Program-made: the position numbers and the translations under genes
The notes under the pieces: model-generated
Told to the model about the DNA's origin: nothing
What the model saw: the letters and a program-made list of their open reading frames with translations, nothing else
Database searches by the model: none
Source: Candidatus Nezhaarchaeales archaeon
GTDB taxonomy: Archaea > Thermoproteota > Methanomethylicia > Nezhaarchaeales > WYZ-LMO8
Reading direction: 5' to 3'
Assembly (NCBI GenBank): GCA_038887515.1
Contig: JAWAKK010000002.1
Location: 192,001-256,000 of the forward strand
DNA: 64,000 nucleotides
Shown here: in pieces, positions 29,487-41,819 of the stretch
Layout of the letters: each line of letters starts with the position of its first letter
Numbering within the stretch: position 1 is the stretch's first letter

Positions 29487-31176
29487 ATGAAATACATTTT
29501 CATTACAGGAGGTGTTTTATCAAGCGTAGGTAAGGGGGCCGTGACTGCTTCGATAGGCAAGATGCTCCAGGTTAGAGGCTTTTCTGTAACGGCAATAAAG
29601 ATAGACCCATAGGCCTTAGGGGCCGGGTAAACATAAACGTTGATGCTGGAACAATGAACCCATAGGCTCTGAGCTGGAGGCTTAGAGCCGGGTATATATG
29701 CATGGCGAGGTCTTCGTGACGGAGGATGGCGGCGAGGTAGACCTAGATCTCGGTCACTATGAGCGTTTTCTCGATATAGACCTATCAAAGGACAACAACA
29801 TTACGACTGGACAAGTGTACATGGTGGTCATAGAGGCCGAGAGGAGGGGGAAGTACCTCGGCAAGTGCGTACAAATAATACCTCACATAACCGACGAGGT
29901 GAAGAGGAGGATAAGGTTAGTAGCTCAGAAGAGCAACGTGGACGTGACGCTCGTAGAATGTGGAGGCACAACGGGGGACATAGAGGGACTCCCCTTCCTT
30001 GAGGCTATAAGGCAAATGAGACTTGAAGAGGGCTTTTCGAACACGCTCTTTGTTCATGTAGCCTTAGTTCCAATATTGGAAGTAACTGGAGAATTTAAGA
30101 CGAAACCTCTACAACACAGCGTCCAAGAGCTTAGACGCATAGGTATACAGCCCGACATCGTAGTGGCAAGGTGTAAGCAGCCGCTAGACGATGAAGCCAA
30201 GAAGAAAATAGCGCTTTACAGCAACGTCCCTGAAGAGGCGGTGTTCACGTCTTACGATGTGGACTGCATATACGAGCTTCCAATAATACTTGATGGACAG
30301 GGAATGGGCGCTTACATATGTAAGCGGCTTACGCTAGATGGATGTAAAGCCGACTGGTCTTCGTGGAGGGAGATAGTTGAGAGGTATAGAAGTTTTAAGT
30401 ACGAAGTCGAAGTATGCATGTGCGGTAAGTACACGAAGCTAAAGGACTCTTACATAAGCATAATAGAGGCCTTAAAGCATGCGGGCGCAGCCCTTGAAAC
30501 TAAGGTTAACATGACATGGCTCGAGGCAACAACGTTCGAACAAGGAGAGGGCATACCTCGAGAGTTTCAGGATATTTTGAGTTCCTGTGATGGCATAATA
30601 GTACTGCCGGGCTTTGGGGCCCGTGGGGCAGAAGGTAAGATTAAGGTCATCAGATACGCAAGGGAAAACAAGGTACCGTTCCTGGGCATATGCTTTGGAA
30701 TGCAACTGGCAATTGTAGAGTTTGCACGAAACGTTGTAGGTCTCAAAGAAGCAAACACAACAGAACTTGATCCGTCAACGTACCACCCGGTTGTTGACCT
30801 CCTACCGGAACAGCACTACGTTAAGGAAGTAGGTGGTACTATGAGACTCGGGGCTCAGGCAACCGTGCTTGAACCCGGAACGAAAGTCTACGAGCTTTAT
30901 GGAAGGCCGATAATATTTGAAAGGCATAGGCATAGGTACGAGGTCAACCCGACCTACTGGTCTGTACTTCAAAGCCACGGTTTGGTCTTCTCCGGATATA
31001 GCATTGATAAACGGAGGGTGGAGTTCATAGAGCTCAGGGACCACCCATTCTTTGTTGCAACTCAATCGCACCCAGAGTTCAAGTCGAGGCCCAATAGACC
31101 CTCACCCATATATTACGGCTTCGTGAAGGCCTGCCTCGAGCATAGGCTTAAGAGATTATCAGCTCCGAAATGCTGA
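29487..31176 (+). CDS. pyrG: CTP synthase with two introns (exons 29487-29610, 29631-29663, 29696-31176; 545 aa spliced)
   Basis: Exon 1 [17 protein letters not shown]...KIDP; exon 2 [11 protein letters not shown]; exon 3 [12 protein letters not shown]...GICFGMQ...HPEF. Confidence 0.95.
29611..29630 (+). other. 20-nt BHB-type intron 1 in pyrG mRNA
   Basis: ACCC AU^A GGCC UUAGG GGCC GGGU AA^A; removal gives GAC CCA UAC AUA AAC (DPYIN). Confidence 0.9.
29664..29695 (+). other. 32-nt BHB-type intron 2 in pyrG mRNA
   Basis: ACCC AU^A GGCUCUGAGC UGGAG GCUUAGAGCC GGGU AU^A; removal gives AAC CCA UAU AUG CAU (NPYMH). Confidence 0.9.
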
Positions 31177-31186
31177 TGGTCAAAGG

Positions 31187-33688
31187 CTATGAACGCTTGA
31201 ACGAAGCATAAGCTTCTCGCATCGCTTCTACGAACCTCCTCGTAGCCTCTTCGGGGTTTGAAGACCTTGTTATCGCTGAGCCTACAATTATTATCTTGCA
31301 ACCACTTTTGACCAATTCTCTTATGTGCTCAAGCCTAACTCCGCCGGCTACAGCGACGGGTACCTTCACGGAATTGACTACTTCCTCAACGAGCTTTATC
31401 TTCCTAGTTACGTCCCTCTCCCTCATTTGCGTACTTATGCCCATATGCACGCATATTATATCGCATCCCAACTTCTCAACCTCCTTTGCCCTGGCGAGTG
31501 GATCCTGTACATTTATCAGGTCACACATTATCTTGACGTTGTACTTCCTAGCAGCACCTACAGCATCTTTAATAGTGTAGTCGTCGGTAGCGCCCAACAC
31601 CGTAACTACATCAGCCCCAGCTTCGGCTGCAAGCTCCACTTCGAGCCAACCCGTGTCAAAGGTTTTGAGGTCGGCTACTATAGTAGCATAAGGGAACCTC
31701 CTTCTAAACTCCTTCACTGCTTCTAGGCCAGCGGACTTTATGAGTGGGGTCCCAACCTCGATGATCTCGGCTCCTCCTCTATAGCAGGCCTCGGCTATGC
31801 TTAGCCCATCTTTCATATACCTTTCATCTATTGCTACCTGTAGCTTGGGCCCCGTGTAGAGGGGCTCGAGACCTAACTGCTGGAGCTTCTTGTCTGTGGG
31901 TACTCCGTGATAGTTCCAGCCTCTAATAGCATAATAAGAATCGATTAATCTCGTTAGGTCGACAACTTCTCCCTTGGATGCCCCCTCTCTCAACTTTTCA
32001 TTTAAGAAGCGTAGCGGCAGAGCGTCGTGGCTTCTATCGAAACCCTCTCTGGCGTTGAAGAGCCTTTCCAAGTTGTATATCCTCTCTCCTATCTTGTAGA
32101 ACTCCTCTTCGTCAACGTAGAAACCAGTTGCTGTTGTTAGTAGCCTCGCGTAATGGGTTGGCTCGTAAGCCAGCGTCGAGAATAAGGCTAGCATTGTAAA
32201 TTTGCACATTATCAACGAGTCTATTACGGCCGAGACGTCCTGCATCCTCTTGACGAGCTCTGCCTTACCCTCATAGGACAGAGGATCTATGTACTTGGGG
32301 ACGCCAAGGATCTCGCTGATCACGACGTAGGCCCTTAAGTGGCACCCTCCTCTATTAGAAGTTGCGTAAGCTAACGCCATCCCTTTAGCTCCTCGAGGAT
32401 CGTAAGCTGGTAGCTCTAGACCCTTTACGTGGGCTGCTATGTCTTCGGCGTTAAGCATCTTTGATATTCGGCTAACGCCTTCGCCCACGATTTTACCTAG
32501 ACCTCTCCTATACGCTGTATCGACTATAACCTTTAGTAAGGAGTCCGAATTGCCAAAATTGAGTTTTATGTTCACTTCGCTAAGCTTCTCTAATAGTCCC
32601 TTCTCATAACACTCCATTAAGAAGCCTACGGTGTTCCCCAGCGAAATCGTATCAAGACCCAATTTATTGCATAAGTCGTTTGCTCGAGCTATGACGTTAA
32701 TATCCGATATACCGCAATTCGGCCCTAAAGCCCATACACTTTCGTATTCTGGGCCCGAGGATATGACTTCCTTCCCATCAACAGTGTACTTCACTAAGCG
32801 GCCGCACGCTATTGGACATCCGTAACATGCCGTCCTCTTCACGAGCATTACTTCAGTTATCTTCTCTCCGCAGACTTCTTCTGCTTTATCGTAGAAGCCT
32901 CGCGTAAAGTTGTAGGAAGGAAAGACGCCTGCCCTATTCATCAGGTGCACTAGGAATGCCGTGCCGTAGCGCCCTAAGCTATCTCCGGTAATCGGATTCC
33001 CCCTTAACACGTCGAGCGTCTTCCTAACTTCTTCATTGAAAGCCTTTGGATTAGCTACTTTAACTTCGCCGGTCCCCTTAACTGCTATAGCCTTTAAATT
33101 CTTGGATCCCATGACTGCGCCTAGGCCACCCCTACCCGCGGCCCTGTGTTTATCGCTTATGATGCAAGCAATCTTTACGAGGTTTTCGCCAGCTGGACCA
33201 ATACAGCAAACCTTAACGTCCTCCAGCTTTAAATCTCTCTTTATTTCCTCTTCCGTAGCATCTGTTTCAAGACCCCAAATCTTACTTGCATCTCGTAGCT
33301 CGACTTTTCCGTCAGCAACGAATAGGTATACGGGGCTAACGCTCTTTCCTCTAACTATTATTCCATCGAAGCCAGCTTTCTTCAGCTCAGGTCCCCATGA
33401 CCCTCCGCACTGAGAGTCAAAGATTGTGCCGGTCAAAGGTGACTTCGAGGATACAGCAAATCGACCTGATGTAGGCGCCCTTGTCCCAGTCAAGGGCCCA
33501 GTCATAAACACTAGGATGTTTTCCTCATCTAGAGGGTTAGTACCTGGCCTTAACGAGTCGAAGAGGAACTTCGCCGAGTATCCTCGGCCGCCCACGTACT
33601 TCATAGCTATATCCCAGTTGAGATCTACGATGGTCACGTCGCCACTAGACAAATCTGCATCTAGTATTTTGCCTGTATAGCCGCTCAA
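31187..33688 (-). CDS. Tungsten aldehyde:ferredoxin oxidoreductase fused to C-terminal 3-hexulose-6-phosphate synthase domain
   Basis: AOR motifs KSPLTG, GRGGLGAVMGSKNLKAI, CYGCPIAC, GPEYE, RGGCH; the last ~220 aa have LQVAID, EVGTPLIK, ADLKTFDTG, VAGG. Confidence 0.9.
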   Translation of the reverse strand: MSGYTGKILDADLSSGDVTIVDLNWDIAMKYVGGRGYSAKFLFDSLRPGTNPLDEENILVFMTGPLTGTRAPTSGRFAVSSKSPLTGTIFDSQCGGSWGPELKKAGFDGIIVRGKSVSPVYLFVADGKVELRDASKIWGLETDATEEEIKRDLKLEDVKVCCIGPAGENLVKIACIISDKHRAAGRGGLGAVMGSKNLKAIAVKGTGEVKVANPKAFNEEVRKTLDVLRGNPITGDSLGRYGTAFLVHLMNRAGVFPSYNFTRGFYDKAEEVCGEKITEVMLVKRTACYGCPIACGRLVKYTVDGKEVISSGPEYESVWALGPNCGISDINVIARANDLCNKLGLDTISLGNTVGFLMECYEKGLLEKLSEVNIKLNFGNSDSLLKVIVDTAYRRGLGKIVGEGVSRISKMLNAEDIAAHVKGLELPAYDPRGAKGMALAYATSNRGGCHLRAYVVISEILGVPKYIDPLSYEGKAELVKRMQDVSAVIDSLIMCKFTMLALFSTLAYEPTHYARLLTTATGFYVDEEEFYKIGERIYNLERLFNAREGFDRSHDALPLRFLNEKLREGASKGEVVDLTRLIDSYYAIRGWNYHGVPTDKKLQQLGLEPLYTGPKLQVAIDERYMKDGLSIAEACYRGGAEIIEVGTPLIKSAGLEAVKEFRRRFPYATIVADLKTFDTGWLEVELAAEAGADVVTVLGATDDYTIKDAVGAARKYNVKIMCDLINVQDPLARAKEVEKLGCDIICVHMGISTQMRERDVTRKIKLVEEVVNSVKVPVAVAGGVRLEHIRELVKSGCKIIIVGSAITRSSNPEEATRRFVEAMREAYASFKRS

Positions 33689-33733
33689 CCTTGATCCCTA
33701 ACGATTCTCTTCACTTCTTATTAAAAAATATAG

Positions 33734-34045
33734 TTGAGTGCTTGCGGTATTTTCGTTGTGAAAGTTAAAGTTGAGGTCTTTGGGTCCTTGAGGGAAGTTA
33801 TGGGCTGGAAGAGCATTGAAGTAGAGTTAAGTGAAGACTCGACGTTAGGGCAACTCCTTGAGCTTCTCGTAGAACAAAAGCCCGAGGTGCGGGAGCTTAT
33901 ATTTGAAGGTGGCGAGTTGAAGGATTACTTAAAGGTACTAGTGGACGGGAGGGACTGTAGGCTCCTAGGAGGCTTAAAGGCTAAGCTTAACGACCTTTCT
34001 ATAGTATCGATATTTCCTCCAGCCGGAGGGGGCATGGAAGCCTAG
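33734..34045 (+). CDS. MoaD/ThiS ubiquitin-like sulfur carrier
   Basis: KVEVFGSLRE...VLVDG...FPPAGGG; divergent from the AOR gene. Confidence 0.88.
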   Translation: MSACGIFVVKVKVEVFGSLREVMGWKSIEVELSEDSTLGQLLELLVEQKPEVRELIFEGGELKDYLKVLVDGRDCRLLGGLKAKLNDLSIVSIFPPAGGGMEA

Positions 34046-34047
34046 CT

Positions 34048-34209
34048 TTATGTCTCCTTCTCCCTCTTCCTTAAGCTTAGGCACTGGGGATCAGGTTTTT
34101 CGCAATGTCTTTTTGCATCGCTTAAGCCGACGAATATCGCCCCACAATACTTGCACTTAAACACCCTCCCCACGTTCTCCATTCGAGTTAAGGTTATCTC
34201 CTTAGGCAA
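34048..34209 (-). CDS. Small zinc-finger protein (53 aa)
   Basis: Manual translation MPKEITLTRMENVGRVFKCKYCGAIFVGLSDAKRHCEKPDPQC...; fills the gap after tiaS. Confidence 0.6.
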   Translation of the reverse strand: MPKEITLTRMENVGRVFKCKYCGAIFVGLSDAKRHCEKPDPQCLSLRKREKET

Positions 34210-34213
34210 TCCC

Positions 34214-35554
34214 TCATCGCTCAATGGTTAGAACCCTCCTCAAACTTATTTCCTCCAACAAGTAAAACCCTTTCTTCTCAAGGCCGTATCTTCTAAACGG
34301 TTTAGCTAGGTGCCTCATTGACCTCGGTGGAGGCAGATACATTCCTTCGACGTCTCTTCGAGGAAGCTTTAAGGACGTCTTGAAACCTTCAATAGTCTTA
34401 AAACCACACTTGCTACACTTATAGCCTCCTCTCCTTCCTAAGCTCTTTAAGCTTTTTCGACACTTTGGGCATGAAGGGTTCTTCTCGACAACTTTTTCTA
34501 TAGCTCTCAGGACCACGAGCTTCTCAAGGTTTATAGATAACAGGTCCGTACTCGGAAGTCTCCTAACCCCACCGTAGACCTCTACTTCATCGCCTACTAC
34601 GAGCTTCTCGGCCGCTCGCTTTATATCGCCCGACTGCTTGTAAGCAGCGCAATAAAATTCGTCCCCTCCATCAGATACCGTAAATATAACGTGCCCCCCA
34701 CTTATGACTTTTGGTTTGGAAGCTACTTCCCCCTTTATACATATCGAGTAGTAGGGCTCTACGTCCCTTATCCTTTTAACTTTTAGGTAGTGGCAGTCAG
34801 TCCCTTGATTGCTCCTAAATAGCAGAGAGCCTACGGGCACGCTATTGATCTTCAAGATCCTCGAAGCCTCAAATAATATTTGAGGATTTTCCCCTCTAAT
34901 GCCGTAAAGGACTGGGTCGGGCCCACGCGGTGTTATTAGAATTCTACCCGTTTCTGGATCTACATTGTTGAACGTGTAGGGCCACGTCTCGAGCTCCATA
35001 GTCCAAACACTGTTGTAATCTACTAACCTACCGGCCCCCTCATCTCTATAGGTCAGGAGCTCGTACGTATGATCGCCCTTCATTAGGGAGCCTATAGCAG
35101 CTAAGGAGCCTATGAGACCTAAACCACTTCTAGTCTTAATGACTTTAACGTCGTGCTTCTGCGCTAGATCGACCGCTTCGCGCCAAGGTACTACGCGGTT
35201 TAAAGCGATTTCGTAGAAGTCCAAGAAGTCTTCATGAACCTCTCCATGTAGTATCGCTACTACAGGGTCGCAGTCGTAAAACCTTTCAGTGTAGCTCTTT
35301 AGCTTTGATTGGAGTAGCTTCATGAAGTCTAGGATTTCACTGCTTAGAATTTTCATCCTTAAACATACAGCGCCGTTACCTCTAGTTTTCCAAGGTATGT
35401 TGGGGTTTAGCCTTGCTAAGATAGGATAATCCAGTAGCTTAACTTCAAACCGCTTAGCGACTTCTCTAAGAACCTCGAAGGCGAAGTGCGTCGTACACCC
35501 ACCATTCCAAGAATCTACGCTATCAATACCTACGTGGAGGACGTCGTAGGACAC
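34214..35554 (-). CDS. tiaS: tRNA(Ile2) agmatidine synthetase
   Basis: GGCTT, RLNPNIPWKTRGNGA, PDPVLYGIRG, NQGTD, Zn ribbon, RHLAKP. Confidence 0.95.
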   Translation of the reverse strand: MSYDVLHVGIDSVDSWNGGCTTHFAFEVLREVAKRFEVKLLDYPILARLNPNIPWKTRGNGAVCLRMKILSSEILDFMKLLQSKLKSYTERFYDCDPVVAILHGEVHEDFLDFYEIALNRVVPWREAVDLAQKHDVKVIKTRSGLGLIGSLAAIGSLMKGDHTYELLTYRDEGAGRLVDYNSVWTMELETWPYTFNNVDPETGRILITPRGPDPVLYGIRGENPQILFEASRILKINSVPVGSLLFRSNQGTDCHYLKVKRIRDVEPYYSICIKGEVASKPKVISGGHVIFTVSDGGDEFYCAAYKQSGDIKRAAEKLVVGDEVEVYGGVRRLPSTDLLSINLEKLVVLRAIEKVVEKNPSCPKCRKSLKSLGRRGGYKCSKCGFKTIEGFKTSLKLPRRDVEGMYLPPPRSMRHLAKPFRRYGLEKKGFYLLEEISLRRVLTIER

Positions 35555-35628
35555 ACTTTAGCCTCCAATCTCCTAGAGGATGTACGTCTTACTAAGCTTA
35601 AATATCTGAAGTCCCCAGCTTCTACACG

Positions 35629-35931
35629 GGTGCCGGGAGAGGTCGGGCAGCCTTCGGGCGCTCCGTGCGCCTGAGGAAAGTCCCCCTCCGTCGGGGAGCG
35701 CGGCGCCGTAAGGCGCCAGCCGAGAGGCTGGGGGTTAAGCCAAAGAAACGACACGCCTACCAACTTATGGCCATGATGGGCCCAAAACCTTGAGGACGTT
35801 GGTAGAAGCGTTGAAACGTGGCGACCCCCGCGCGGAATAAGGTGTGCCACGATGAGCCCCCGATGAGTGGCGTACCGCATTAGTCGGATGCTGCTTAAAC
35901 AGAAGGGGGATTACGAACCTCACCCGGCACC
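35629..35931 (+). ncRNA. rnpB: RNase P RNA
   Basis: GAGGAAAGTCCCCC and AAACAGAAGGGGGATT (P4 halves); terminal helix GGTGCCGGG/CCCGGCACC; upstream TTAAATA. Confidence 0.93.
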
Positions 35932-36000
35932 TCATCAACTGCAAGCAAAACCTCTACGAGACCTCCTATTCGAGGCGCACCTACCTCTATGTGACGTAAA

Positions 36001-36010
36001 CAATATATAG
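36001..36010 (+). promoter_or_regulatory. Putative TATA box of rRNA operon
   Basis: AAACAATATATAG ~25 nt before the GC-rich structured leader. Confidence 0.5.
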
Positions 36011-36235
36011 GTTGCAATCACTATTCCTTATGCACCACGGTGGCGGTGTCGAACGGACTGTGAGGGGCTTCTTCTGGCCCCTAGAATGAAAGTTCGACCT
36101 CCAGCCGTGGGATACTAGTGGGGATCCAAACAAACCGAGCCCATTGAAAGCTCGGATGTTTGGGTCCGACGTGGGGTTGGCGGAGCCCGGTTATCTAGGA
36201 TGACCCCGCTAGGGGTCTTGCGGCCGCTCTTCCGA

Positions 36236-37737
<1,502 letters not shown>

Positions 37738-37868
37738 TAACATCGGGGCGGGCTCCGCCGCCCCACCTCAAAGTACCTTCTTCATCAATAAGATCGTTAA
37801 TGCAGCCCAAGAAGGGCCCCTTCTTGGGTGAAGGGCGGAGCGAGTCTCGATGAGCTGTGACCGCCGTG

Positions 37869-37905
37869 CATAGGTCTATGTCCTGCCCGTAGCCCGTGGG
37901 CTCAA
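37869..37905 (+). other. 5' strand of 23S pre-rRNA processing stem with canonical BHB (pairs with 41043-41079)
   Basis: GUCCU GCCC GUA GCCCGUGGGCUCAA / UUGAGCCCGCGGGC GGGU AAA AGGAC. Confidence 0.88.
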
Positions 37906-37909
37906 TGGT

Positions 37910-41040
<3,131 letters not shown>

Positions 41041-41141
41041 TTTTGAGCCCGCGGGCGGGTAAAAGGACGTAGACCTATGCGCGGCGGACCCTTTCTTACA
41101 TTGGCAAAATTTTTAGTGTCCTTTCTATAGTCTCTCATTTT

Positions 41142-41232
41142 GGGCTCGTAGCTCAGCATGGTCAGAGCGCTCGGCTGATAAGATGTCTCAGACACCGAGA
41201 GGTCGGGGGTTCAAGTCCCCCCGAGCCCACCA
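41142..41232 (+). tRNA. tRNA-Ile(GAT) with 13-nt intron at 37/38 (41181-41193); CCA encoded
   Basis: GGGCTCG acceptor stem; CTCGG-CT GAT A[AGATGTCTCAGAC]A-CCGAG; BHB CUGA UA^A...UCAG AC^A. Confidence 0.93.
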
Positions 41233-41242
41233 CCCTTCGAGA

Positions 41243-41316
41243 GGGCCGGTAGATCAGCCTGGTGGATCGCCCGCTTCGCAAGCGGGAGGTCGCGGGTTCA
41301 AGTCCCGCCCGGTCCA
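41243..41316 (+). tRNA. tRNA-Ala(CGC)
   Basis: Cloverleaf, CCCGC TT CGC AA GCGGG anticodon arm, G3:U70 pair. Confidence 0.94.
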
Positions 41317-41467
41317 CCTTCTTTTAGCTATGCTAGTGCGGGATCGAGCAAAAACGGGAGGCTAAGCGCGGTAAGTTACCGCAATCTTCATGGTACAGCC
41401 CTAGCCGAGAGCGATAAAGTTAATAGAAGAACCATCTAAAAACTACTATAAAACGCTGGTGATATTC

Positions 41468-41626
41468 TTGAGTGAAAAGGAGGAGAAGAAAGGGAAAGTC
41501 GAGGATGTAGTCGAGAAGACTGGAGAGGTTATAGGTAAGGGCGTAAAGAAAGGGTTTGAAACAGTAAAAGCCCTTGGAAAGGGTATCGCAAAAGGAGTTA
41601 AAGGTGAGAAGAAAGAAGAAAGCTGA
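41468..41626 (+). CDS. Small Lys/Glu/Gly-rich protein (52 aa)
   Basis: MSEKEEKKGKVEDVVEKTGEVIGKGVKKGFETVKALGKGIAKGVKGEKKEES; GGTGA RBS upstream. Confidence 0.7.
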   Translation: MSEKEEKKGKVEDVVEKTGEVIGKGVKKGFETVKALGKGIAKGVKGEKKEES

Positions 41627-41819
41627 AGGCCTAGAAGCTATCGAGAGTATAAATGAAATTTTCATTACACCTTAAAACGCCACGTATTATAGCATAAGGC
41701 GGTAAAGGTCAGCTTAAAGGTGCCTCTACCAACAAGTTATTACGGCTAGCTTTAAGTTAAGAGCTAAATAGGCTTATTAGCAACTTAGCCTCGGCTCTCC
41801 GATTAGACGGTGCGAAGCC

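Noticed and set aside
29487-29697. pyrG and purA as pseudogenes, sequencing errors or programmed frameshifts
   Set aside because: The insertions are 17-32 nt with precise BHB geometry, exons show no other decay, and a frameshift could not bypass the in-frame stops while restoring the motifs.
36141-36230. BHB in the 16S processing stem
   Set aside because: A long stem with 37749-37766 is evident, but I could not draw a convincing BHB by eye.
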